From the NCBI GenBank assembly GCA_016869285.1, contig VGEN01000002.1:2560-66559 (forward strand): a DNA stretch of 64,000 nt, written 5' to 3'. Below, piece by piece: positions 55,584 to 64,000 of this stretch; position 1 is the first letter of the stretch, and each line of letters begins with the position of its first letter. Below the pieces are notes generated by a model. That model had not been told where the DNA came from. It saw nothing but the letters and a program-made list of their open reading frames with translations, and did no database searches. The DNA is from Alphaproteobacteria bacterium. Lineage in GTDB: Bacteria; Pseudomonadota; Alphaproteobacteria; SHVZ01. The position numbers were made by a program, and so were the translations under genes.

Positions 55584-56512
55584 GCCGCGTTCTCCTTCGC
55601 GAACCTCGCGATGTCCGCGTGGGTCGCGAACCACACGCCCTTCTTCGTCTTCATGTGCTGGATCAGCTCGTCGAGCAGCGTCAGCCGCGAGCGATGGCCG
55701 ATGATGTGCGGGTGCATGGTCAGGATGTACATGCCGCCCTCCTCGTAGGCGACATCGAACTCCTTGGTGAAGATTTCGAGCACGGCCGAGGGCGGCGTGT
55801 AGGGCCTGAGGCCGCTGAAGCGGTGCATGTTGAAATAGACCGCGTCGTCGCGGATCCATTCGGGCGGCAGCTCGACCACGCCGGTCGGCTTGCCGTCCTC
55901 GTTGAGCTCATAGGCGTCGTCATCGGCCATCAGCGATGAATCGTAGAGCAGGCCGAGCTCGCGGATGATCTGGAGCGTGTTCGGGCTGAAGTCCCAGGAC
56001 GGCGTCCGGATGCCGACCGGCCGGACGCCCGTGACCTTCTCCAGCGTGTCGCAGGAGCGGAACAGGAGGTCGCGCTCGACCTCGCCGGGAAGGACCGAGT
56101 TGAGCTCGTGGATCCAGCCATGGATGCCGACCTCATGGCCGAGATCGACGGCGCGCTTCTGCTCGTCGGGATAGAGCATCGCGACGACCGCCGGGGTGAA
56201 GAACGAGGCCGGGACCGAATGCTTCTCCAGCAGCTTCATGATGCGTGGAATGCCGGCGCGGGCGCCGTACTGGCCCATCGACATGCGCCCGAGCGACTTG
56301 CCGCCGTCGCGGAGCTCGCCCGATTCGTGGTCGGAGTCGAAGGAGATGCCGACGGCGACGCGGGCTCCGTCCTTCCACGTCCTGGGCCTGAGCGCGCGGC
56401 CCGGACGGATCTTGTTGGAGACGGCGCGCCACTTCGCCTCCGGCCATTGCCAGGGCTGCTGATCATCATTTTCGGCGGTCTTGGCAACGATCGGTTTGGC
56501 GCGGGCAGTCAT
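55580..56512 (-). CDS. Polysaccharide deacetylase (CE4, PgdA/PuuE-like)
   Basis: SFDSD, HEVGIHGWIHE, RTPSW, YDSS, DD and TMHP motifs; GGAGG RBS. Confidence 0.9.
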   Translation of the reverse strand: MTARAKPIVAKTAENDDQQPWQWPEAKWRAVSNKIRPGRALRPRTWKDGARVAVGISFDSDHESGELRDGGKSLGRMSMGQYGARAGIPRIMKLLEKHSVPASFFTPAVVAMLYPDEQKRAVDLGHEVGIHGWIHELNSVLPGEVERDLLFRSCDTLEKVTGVRPVGIRTPSWDFSPNTLQIIRELGLLYDSSLMADDDAYELNEDGKPTGVVELPPEWIRDDAVYFNMHRFSGLRPYTPPSAVLEIFTKEFDVAYEEGGMYILTMHPHIIGHRSRLTLLDELIQHMKTKKGVWFATHADIARFAKENAA

Positions 56513-56597
56513 GGGATCCTCCACGGGTGGTGAAGGAAGTCTACCCGCCGCCGCCGCGCGGGGCTATGACTGGTCGAGGACCGGCAACGAGGCGCCG

Positions 56598-58112
56598 ATG
56601 GAAGACTGGACCAAAGGCTATATCGCCGACGTCGACTACAGCCAGGGCTACTACCGCGAGCTGTCGCCGTCATTCCTCTCCTTCGCGCTGCTCTCGGCCG
56701 GTATCCGCCCGCCGAACCTGACAGGGAAGCTCCGCTACTGCGAACTGGGCGCAGGGCACGGCTTCTCCTGCAACGTCGTCGCGGCGACGCATCCCGAGGC
56801 CGAGGTCTGGGCGACCGACTTCAACCCGGCCTTCGCCGCCACCGCGCGGCGCATCGCCGATGCCGCCGGCATTCCCAACATCAAGGTCTTCGACTCATCG
56901 TTCGAGGAGTTCGCCGCGCTCGACCTTCCGCCCTTCGACATGATCGTGCTGCACGGCATCTATTCCTGGGTCATGGCGGAGCATCGCAAATCGATCGTCG
57001 ACTTCATCCGCGACAAGCTCGCCTTCGGCGGCGTCGTCTATCTCAGCTACAACTGCCTGCCCGGCTGGTCGCCGATCCTGCCGCTCCGGCGCCTCCTGAG
57101 CGAGATGGCCCAGCGAGCGACCGGCTCGACCGAGGAGCGGATCGAGAAGGCCCTCGACGAGGCGGACGAGCTTGCCGCCCTCGGCGCGGGATATCTTCAG
57201 GCCAATGAATCGGCACGCGCGCAGCTCGCCAGCATCCGCGGCATGTCGCGCCAGTACATCGCGCACGAGTACTTCAACCGGATCTGGACGCCGCTCTACC
57301 ACCTCGATGTCGCGCGCCAGATGCACCAGGCGAAGCTGACCTTCGCTGCCTCGGCCGAGCTTCAGCATCATGTCGAGCGCCTCTGCCTGACGCCGGAGCA
57401 GCTGGCGAAGATTTCCGGCATCGACGATCCGCCGTTCCGCGAGACCGTCCGTGACCTGATGCTGAACCAGCAGTTCCGGAAGGACATCTTCGTGCGCGGG
57501 CCCGAGCGCCTGCTCGCCTCCGAGCGGCGCGAGCTTCTGATGAAGACCCGCTTCGCGCTGGTCTGGCCGCGCAACCAGGTCGAGCTGGGCGCATCATATA
57601 CGCAAGGCATCTACCCGCTCGACAGCGGGCCGGCGGCCGAGCTGCTGGAGGCGCTGGCGAGCGGCCCGAAGACGCTCGCGGAGATGTCGCCGTCCAACGA
57701 TCCGGTCGAGTTCGATCGCAGGGTCGAGGCCATGGTGGTGCTCGTCGGCACCGGACGCGTCGAGCCCGGATTGCCCGCCGCCGGCGATGCCGAACGGGCG
57801 GAGAGGGCGCGCCGGTTCAACGACGTCATCCTCGATCGCGCCCGCCATGGCGATCAGCTGCAGTCGATGGTCTCGCCGGTGCTCGGCAGCGCTGTCAAGG
57901 TCGAGCGCCTGCACCGCCTGTTCCTGCTCGGCGAGGCCCAGGGCAACAAGGACTTCGCCTCCTTCGCCTACGCGATCATGCGGGAGGAGGTTGAAGCCGA
58001 GAAACGGCAGGGGAAGCAGGTGCGGCCGCCGAGCCCGCTCGGGATCATGATGCTGGCGCAGAAATTCGACAGCGAGACGCGGCCGATCCTGGCCCAGAAC
58101 GGCATCGTCTAG
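56598..58112 (+). CDS. Class I SAM methyltransferase with methyltransferase regulatory domain
   Basis: WTKGY-ADVDY, ELGAGHG, LHGIYSWV, SYNCLPGW, YIAHEYFN and NQQFRKDIF motifs. Confidence 0.85.
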   Translation: MEDWTKGYIADVDYSQGYYRELSPSFLSFALLSAGIRPPNLTGKLRYCELGAGHGFSCNVVAATHPEAEVWATDFNPAFAATARRIADAAGIPNIKVFDSSFEEFAALDLPPFDMIVLHGIYSWVMAEHRKSIVDFIRDKLAFGGVVYLSYNCLPGWSPILPLRRLLSEMAQRATGSTEERIEKALDEADELAALGAGYLQANESARAQLASIRGMSRQYIAHEYFNRIWTPLYHLDVARQMHQAKLTFAASAELQHHVERLCLTPEQLAKISGIDDPPFRETVRDLMLNQQFRKDIFVRGPERLLASERRELLMKTRFALVWPRNQVELGASYTQGIYPLDSGPAAELLEALASGPKTLAEMSPSNDPVEFDRRVEAMVVLVGTGRVEPGLPAAGDAERAERARRFNDVILDRARHGDQLQSMVSPVLGSAVKVERLHRLFLLGEAQGNKDFASFAYAIMREEVEAEKRQGKQVRPPSPLGIMMLAQKFDSETRPILAQNGIV

Positions 58113-59231
58113 CGTTTCAGCCAGGCTCCCAGGCGCCGCGCGGCTTCTTCCATCGTCTCGGTCGATCCGGCGAAGGAGATGCGGAGCGCGCGCGAGCCGC
58201 GGCTCGGGTCGAAGTCGATGCCCGGCGTGATCGCGACACCAGTCTCGGCGAGCACGCGCTTGCAGAGATCGGCGCTGTCGTTGGTGACGTGGCCGACATC
58301 GACATAGAGATAGAAAGCACCGTCCGGCGGGGCGAAGTGATCGAGCCCAGCCTTCGGCAGCGCGTCCAGCAGCACGGCCCGGTTGGCCGCATAGCGCCGG
58401 ACATTGGCCTCCAGCTCGTCGCGGCAGCCGAAGACTTCGACCGCTGCCATCTGCGAGAGCGAGGGCGGCGAGATGAAGAGGTTCTGCGCCAGGCACTCGA
58501 CCGGGCGGACCAGCTCCTCCGGCAGCACCATCCAGCCCAGCCGCCAGCCGGTCATCGAGAAGTATTTCGAGAAGCTGTTGATGACCACCGCGCGGTCGGT
58601 CAGCGCGAGCGCGGTCGTCGCCGGCTCCAGATAGGTGATGCCGTGATAGATCTCGTCCGAGACGAGCCGGATGTCGCGTTTGGCGCAATGATCGGCGAGG
58701 GTCTTCAGATCATCGGCCGTCAGCATCGTGCCCGTCGGGTTCGCGGGGCTCGCCACGATCAGGCCGTCGAGTCTGCCTGCCTTGTCGAGCAGCGCCGGCG
58801 TCGGTTGGTAGCGGGTCGCATCGCCGACCTCGATCTCGACCACCTCGATCCCCAGCGCCGAGAGGATGTTGCGATAGGCGGGGTAGCCCGGCGCCGTGAC
58901 GGCCACGCGCGCGCCCTGATCGAAGGCGGCGAGGAAGGAGAGGATGAAGGCGCCGGAAGAGCCGGTGGTCACGACGATGCGCTGCGGATCGACCGAGACG
59001 CCGTAGCGGTCGCGATAGTGCCGGGAGATCGCCTGGCGCAGCGGCGGGATGCCGAGCGCGTCGGTATATCCGAGCACGTCGCGTCCGAGCGCGGCGCGCG
59101 CCGGTCGAGGGCTGGCCGACCTCGAGATGCAGCACGTCCGCTCCCGTCGCCGCGCGCTCGTTGGCGGCGCGGAGCACGTCCATGACGATGAAGGGTGGAA
59201 TGCTGGCGCGGCGCGCGACGCGCCGGGTCAT
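58109..59231 (-). pseudogene. PLP-dependent class I/II aminotransferase, frameshifted near 59095 (pseudogene or assembly error)
   Basis: N-terminus (PFIVMDVL...HLEVGQPSTGA) and the remainder (LGYTDALG...SPANPTG, DEIYHG, NSFSKYFSMTGWRLG) are in different frames. Confidence 0.8.
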
Positions 59232-60784
59232 GGGCGGTTGTGCGGAGTGGTGCCGCTAAAGCTGCTGCCGCCGGTGCTGATGCCGGTACCGCCGAAGACC
59301 AAGCCGACCCCGCGCTGATCGGCCGCCGGCACGCAGTTGCCGCCGCGGCCGCGATTCAGCTCGCTCGGGCAGGAGAAGGCGTTGACGATGCCGACCGGCG
59401 AGGCTTCCGCCGCGCGAAGGCCGCCGCGGCCAAGGGCATCGAGCGGGGTGCCCGGCTCGACGAGAGCGACATCGGAGACGCCGTCGTAGCCGACCCGAGG
59501 CTTGGCGATCGCGAGATCGATGCGCTGCTGGTCGGAGATCACCGGCCAGGCGACCTGCGCAAGCGCGGCCGGCGCGGCGCGCCCGGAGGCGGAGGCGGCG
59601 AGATAGAAAACGCCGCTGCCCGGCGCTACGACGATCGTGGCCGCCGCCCGGGGGCTCTCGAGCGATGGCGGCGGGGCCGAGAGGATGCCGGTTCCGGCCA
59701 GCACGCGGCCGGTACCCCACGGCGCGTTCATGCCGAGCGCGCAGGCAACCGCGAGTCCGTTCTTGTCGACGACGACGAAGGCGGTCGCGCCGGCGCGCGA
59801 CGTTCCGATCGGCCCAAGGCTCTTCGCCGGGCGCTCATGCGAGCCGGCGCGTACCCGTGCGGCCAGCGCCTGGAGTTCGGCTCCGGTCGGGACCAGGGCG
59901 GTCGCGCCCCGCGGCAGGGCCTCGGCGAGCTGGGCTTCGGTCGCGGCCGATCCCTCCGCCCAGAATCGCGGTCCGTCGGCATTGCCGGGACTGATCTGGC
60001 CCACGAGCGCCAGCAGGCGTCCGAGCATCGCCGTCGTCGCCGCGCTCTCACCGACGAGTACGAACTGCTGCTGCTGGTTGGCGCGATAGATGGCCGGGGC
60101 GGTTGCCTGCGGCAGATAGCCGCGGAGCGCATCGAGCGGCAGCGCGCCCTGGGATGCATCGGCGATGGCGCGACCGAGCGGGCCGACATAGGCCTCCCCG
60201 GCACCCCTCTGGCGTATCTGGCTGAGGACGCCGGCCAGATCGAGCTGAACCAGCTGTTCACCCTCGGCGATCAGGCGCCCGGCAGGCGCGAAGATGCGGG
60301 CGCTCGCCGGATCGCGGACGAGGTCGGTCGGCGCCTCGGCGAGGTCGCGGGCGAGCGCCCGGCTCACGGGGACGCCGAAGCGCGCGGCGGTCTCGGCGGG
60401 TCCGAAGAGCTGGGGCCACTGCATGCGCCCGTGACGGGCATGGAGCAACGCCATGCCGCGGGCGAGGGCCGGCACGGCGACGCGGTCCGCTCCGGGCGCG
60501 CTCGCCGGGAAGTCGAACAAGGTGGGCGTCGCCTTGGCTCCGTCGAAGGCGACGCAGGCTCCGCCGCCACCGAGGCCGGCCGAGGAGGGGAGCGTGACGG
60601 CGAGGGTGAAGGCGACGGCAACCGCGGCGTCGGCGGCACTGCCGCCCGCGACCAGGATCTCGCGGCCGGCGACGGCCGCCCGCGGCTCCTCGGCGGCGAT
60701 TCCGCCGAAAAAGCCCTCTACGGGCTGAATCACGTTGGCTTGATCACCGCCGAAGCAGCCCGCACCTAAGAGAACAAGGGACAT
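59228..60784 (-). CDS. Gamma-glutamyltransferase-like protein, probable lipoprotein (start may be ATG 60856)
   Basis: LGAGC lipobox; GGSAADAAVA, AGLGGGG, AVPALARG, FVVVDKNG and C-terminal ADQRG follow the GGT architecture. Confidence 0.8.
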   Translation of the reverse strand: MSLVLLGAGCFGGDQANVIQPVEGFFGGIAAEEPRAAVAGREILVAGGSAADAAVAVAFTLAVTLPSSAGLGGGGACVAFDGAKATPTLFDFPASAPGADRVAVPALARGMALLHARHGRMQWPQLFGPAETAARFGVPVSRALARDLAEAPTDLVRDPASARIFAPAGRLIAEGEQLVQLDLAGVLSQIRQRGAGEAYVGPLGRAIADASQGALPLDALRGYLPQATAPAIYRANQQQQFVLVGESAATTAMLGRLLALVGQISPGNADGPRFWAEGSAATEAQLAEALPRGATALVPTGAELQALAARVRAGSHERPAKSLGPIGTSRAGATAFVVVDKNGLAVACALGMNAPWGTGRVLAGTGILSAPPPSLESPRAAATIVVAPGSGVFYLAASASGRAAPAALAQVAWPVISDQQRIDLAIAKPRVGYDGVSDVALVEPGTPLDALGRGGLRAAEASPVGIVNAFSCPSELNRGRGGNCVPAADQRGVGLVFGGTGISTGGSSFSGTTPHNRP

Positions 60785-60845
60785 CGCGGCGCATTTCCGC
60801 CACGATCGCCGGAAAGTATCGGCCGTGCTTCGAGGATCAGGGACT

Positions 60846-62207
60846 TTGACGGGCATTCTCAGACGGAAAAAATCCTGGCTCGCGCTGCTGGTGGCCACGG
60901 TTCTCGCGTTACCGCTCCCGGCGACGGCGCAGCGGTTCTCGTTGATCCGTGACGCCGAGACGGAAAGTACCATCCGGGAATACGCGACGCCAATATTCCA
61001 GGCGGCGGGTCTCTCGCCCGACGACGTGCGTATCTATCTTGTCCGCGACGCGCAGCTCAACGCTTTCGTCGCCGGCGGCCAGAACATGTTCCTGAACACC
61101 GGCCTGATCATGAGGGCGGAGACGCCGAGCCAGTTGATCGGGGTGATCGCGCATGAAGCCGGTCACATCGCCGGAGGTCATCTATCCCGGATCCAGGACG
61201 AGCTCAAGGGGGCGACCGCGATTCAGATCCTGTCGATGGTCCTGGGGGCGGCCGCAGCCGTCGCCGGCAAGGGCGATGCCGGGATGGCCGTCATGGGGAC
61301 GGGAACGGCCGTCGCCATGTCGAACGTCCTAAGCTTCAGCCGGGCCCAGGAATCGGCCGCCGACCAGGCCGGCATCACCTTCCTCGAGCGATCGGGCTAC
61401 AGCGCCAAGGGCATGCTGGAGTTCCTCGAGATCCTGTCGGGGCAGGAACTGCTCTCCCAGGCGCGGCAATCGGCCTATGTGCGCACGCATCCGATGACTC
61501 GCGAACGCGTCGACGCGGTGCGGGCGTCGCTCCAGACATCGAAATACGCCAATGCCGAGCTGCCGGCCGAATACGCCCGTTTGCACAGCCGCATGCGGGC
61601 GAAGCTGTTTGCTTTCATCGAGCAGCCGGCGCGCACGCTGCAGACCTACAAGGAGTCCGACCGCTCGGAGGCGGCGCGCTACGCGCGCGCCATCGCCTAT
61701 TACCGCATCCCCGACATGGCCAAGGCGCTGCCGCTGATCGACGGGCTGATCGCCGAGTTTCCCGGCGACGCCTATTACTGGGAGATGAAGGGGCAGATGC
61801 TGTTCGAGAACGCCCGGGTCGCCGATGCCGCCAAGGCCTATGCCGAGTCGGTCCGGCTGTTGCCGACGGCACCGCTGCTTCGCGTCGGCTATGCCCAGGC
61901 GCAGCTCGAGCTCAACCAGCCAGAGCTTACCCGCGACGCACTCGCGCACCTCAATGCTGCCGTTCATGTCGATCGCGACTACGGCCTCGCCTGGCGCCTG
62001 CTTGCGATCGCCCATGGACGCGAGGGCCGGGTCGGCGAGGCCGCGCTGGCTTTGGCCGAGCAGGCGATGGTCGAGAACCGGCTTCCCGACGCGACCCAGC
62101 AGGCCGTGCGCGCACAACGTCTGCTGCCTGAGGGTTCGCCGGGTTGGCTTCGCGCCCAGGACATCAAGATCCAGGCGGATGCCAAGCGGAAGAAGGAGAA
62201 AAAATAG
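60846..62207 (+). CDS. M48 metalloprotease with TPRs (BepA/YfgC-like); start uncertain
   Basis: LIRDAE, LNAFV, AHEAGH, FSRAQESAAD and THP motifs; C-terminal TPRs. Confidence 0.92.
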   Translation: MTGILRRKKSWLALLVATVLALPLPATAQRFSLIRDAETESTIREYATPIFQAAGLSPDDVRIYLVRDAQLNAFVAGGQNMFLNTGLIMRAETPSQLIGVIAHEAGHIAGGHLSRIQDELKGATAIQILSMVLGAAAAVAGKGDAGMAVMGTGTAVAMSNVLSFSRAQESAADQAGITFLERSGYSAKGMLEFLEILSGQELLSQARQSAYVRTHPMTRERVDAVRASLQTSKYANAELPAEYARLHSRMRAKLFAFIEQPARTLQTYKESDRSEAARYARAIAYYRIPDMAKALPLIDGLIAEFPGDAYYWEMKGQMLFENARVADAAKAYAESVRLLPTAPLLRVGYAQAQLELNQPELTRDALAHLNAAVHVDRDYGLAWRLLAIAHGREGRVGEAALALAEQAMVENRLPDATQQAVRAQRLLPEGSPGWLRAQDIKIQADAKRKKEKK

Positions 62208-62276
62208 TCACTCGAACGTGCGTGGACTTGACCGTGTCCGGTCTCCATATTGCGGTCCTAATCTGAAAGGACGTTC

Positions 62277-63011
62277 ATGCGTCGCGTCGCCGTCGCCCTC
62301 ATTCTCGCGGCATTGGCCTTCCATGCGCCTGCGATCGCTCAGCCCTTTTCGGCCGACCAGAAGAAGACCATCGAGGAGATCGTCCGGTCCTACATCCTGA
62401 AGAACCCGGAGATCATCCGCGAGGTGATCGAGGCGCTGCAGGCGAAGGAGCAGCAGTCGATCGACGAGCGCCGCGGCGAGGCGATGGCGAAGCTCAAGGG
62501 CGAGCTGCTCTCGGACCCGACCTCCCCGGTGCTCGGCAATCCGGCTGGCGACGTGACGGTGGTCGAGTTCTTCGACTATCGCTGCCCCTACTGCAAGCGC
62601 ACCGATCCCGTCGTCGATCAACTGGTCAAGGAAGACGGCCGCATCCGCCGGGTGATGAAGGAGTTTCCGATCCTCGGGCCGGAATCGCATTTCGCCTCGC
62701 GCGTCGCGCTCGCGGCCCGTATCCAGGGCAAGTACGAGCAGGTGCACAAGCTCCTGATCACCTCTAAAGGCGCGCTCGACCAGGAGACAGTCCTGAAGCT
62801 CGCCAAGGAGGCGGGCGCCGACATGGACCAGCTCAAGCGCGACATAAAGTCTCCGACGATCGAGGATGCCCTGAAGCGCAACCGCGATCTCGCCGGCGCG
62901 CTCGAGATCACCGGCACGCCTGCCTTCATCATCGGCAAGGAATTCGTGCCGGGTGCTGCCGACATCGACACCTTCAGGCAGATCGTCGCCCGCGCCCGAA
63001 AGGGCGGCTGA
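62277..63011 (+). CDS. DsbA/ScsC-like thioredoxin-fold periplasmic protein
   Basis: Signal peptide; YILKNPEII, EFFDYRCPYCK, KEFPILG and GTPAF motifs. Confidence 0.92.
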   Translation: MRRVAVALILAALAFHAPAIAQPFSADQKKTIEEIVRSYILKNPEIIREVIEALQAKEQQSIDERRGEAMAKLKGELLSDPTSPVLGNPAGDVTVVEFFDYRCPYCKRTDPVVDQLVKEDGRIRRVMKEFPILGPESHFASRVALAARIQGKYEQVHKLLITSKGALDQETVLKLAKEAGADMDQLKRDIKSPTIEDALKRNRDLAGALEITGTPAFIIGKEFVPGAADIDTFRQIVARARKGG

Positions 63012-63013
63012 AT

Positions 63014-63655
63014 TCAAGGCTCCGCGTCGGGCTGCTTCGCCGGCTGCGCCGCGTCGAAAGCGGGCAGCGTCATGCAGGCCTCGTAGATCCGCTCGATCGT
63101 CGGATAGGGGCCGAGGTCGAGCTTGTAGCGTTGGGAATTGAACACCTGCGGCACCAGGCAGATATCGGCGAGCCCCGGCGCATCGCCGTGACAGAAGCGG
63201 CCCGTGGCCTTGTCCTGCGCCAGCGTCGCTTCGAACCCGGTGAAGCCGGTGGCGATCCAGTGGTTGAACCAGCGGCCGACCGCGGCCTCGTCGGCCTTCA
63301 GCTCCTTCGCTAGGTATTGCAGGACCCGGAGATTGTCGATCGGGTGGATGTCGCAGGCGACGATCTGCGCCAGCGCCCGCACGCGCGCGCGTTCGTGCGG
63401 CGTCTTCGGCAGCAGCGGCACCGCCGTATGGGTCTCGTCGAGATACTCGATGATGGCGAGGGACTGCGTCAGCACATGCGGTCCGTCTTCGAGCGCCGGC
63501 ACCAGCGCCTGCGGGTTGATGCCGAGAAAAGTCGCGCTGCGCTGATCGCCCTTCCTCAAGTGGACGAAGGCGTTGTCGTAAGGAAGGCCTTTGAGGTTGA
63601 GCGCGATGCGGACGCGGAAGGCGGCCGAGGAGCGAAAATAGCCGTGGAGCTTCAT
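63014..63655 (-). CDS. maiA: Maleylacetoacetate isomerase (GST zeta)
   Basis: YFRSSAAFRVRIALNLKG, TQSLAIIEYL, DIHP, NLRVL and QPDA motifs. Confidence 0.93.
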   Translation of the reverse strand: MKLHGYFRSSAAFRVRIALNLKGLPYDNAFVHLRKGDQRSATFLGINPQALVPALEDGPHVLTQSLAIIEYLDETHTAVPLLPKTPHERARVRALAQIVACDIHPIDNLRVLQYLAKELKADEAAVGRWFNHWIATGFTGFEATLAQDKATGRFCHGDAPGLADICLVPQVFNSQRYKLDLGPYPTIERIYEACMTLPAFDAAQPAKQPDAEP

Positions 63656-63693
63656 CCGACCGTCCTTCGTCGCTGGGGTTACCGCATTCCAGT

Positions 63694-64000
63694 CTACGAT
63701 GCCGGGTCGGCGCGGACGACCCTCTGCTCGATGGCGCCGAACACCGACTTGCCCTCGCGGTCCTTGATCTCGAGCCGGATGGTGTCGCCAAAGCGCATGA
63801 AGGGCGTCTTCGGCGTTCCTTCCTCGATGGTCTCGATCATCCGCACCTCGGCGATGCAGGACCAGCCCTTCGCGCGGTCTCGGTTCGACACGGTGCCGGA
63901 GCCGATGATGGTGCCGGCGGCGAGCGGACGCGTCTTCGCCGCATGCGCGATCAGCGCCGGAAAGTCGAACTGCATATCGGCGCCGGCGTCGGTGGTCCCT
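63694..64000 (-). CDS. Fumarylacetoacetate hydrolase family protein, C-terminal part (start outside the window)
   Basis: MQFDFPALIAHAAKTRPL, GTIIGSGTVSN and FGAIEQ motifs; adjacent to maiA. Confidence 0.85.
   Translation of the reverse strand, partial: GTTDAGADMQFDFPALIAHAAKTRPLAAGTIIGSGTVSNRDRAKGWSCIAEVRMIETIEEGTPKTPFMRFGDTIRLEIKDREGKSVFGAIEQRVVRADPAS

Noticed and set aside
1-64000. CRISPR array, tRNA/rRNA, IS/integrase, prophage or defence system
   Set aside because: No periodic repeats, structural RNA genes or mobile-element proteins were recognised; intergenic gaps are too short to hide them.

Overview
High-GC chromosomal segment, most likely from a Rhodospirillales-like alphaproteobacterium (inferred from gene content and order: ubiK/lgt/midA/pgeF, efp/epmA, tipF-like EAL, SAM-alpha riboswitch, bepA/dsbA). 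It holds about 59 densely packed CDSs, mostly core or metabolic. These include tldD, pyrD, ibpA, a tandem pair of BclA/YddA-type ABC transporters, efp-epmA, glk, an AfuABC-type ABC system with two binding proteins, a Na/Pi cotransporter, an ATP-dependent ligase/exonuclease pair, acyl-CoA catabolic genes, several TPR-linked glycosyl- and methyltransferases, metZ, the hldD-lgt operon, bepA-dsbA and maiA. No rRNA, tRNA, CRISPR, phage or transposase was recognised. Non-coding features: ROSE-like RNA thermometer with an RpoH-like promoter (ibpA), SAM-II/SAM-alpha riboswitch with terminator (metZ), two Pho-box-like repeats, and several leaderless promoter candidates. Best leads: (1) two small proteins sharing a C-terminal G-x-x-(I/L)-D-V motif and an identical upstream 11-mer; (2) a TipF-like gene that apparently needs an ATT/CTG start or pyrD readthrough; (3) a phosphate-regulated sugar-phosphate uptake block; (4) a GGT-like lipoprotein lacking the nucleophile Thr; (5) a frameshifted aminotransferase. 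All calls are by eye from motifs; no searches were run.
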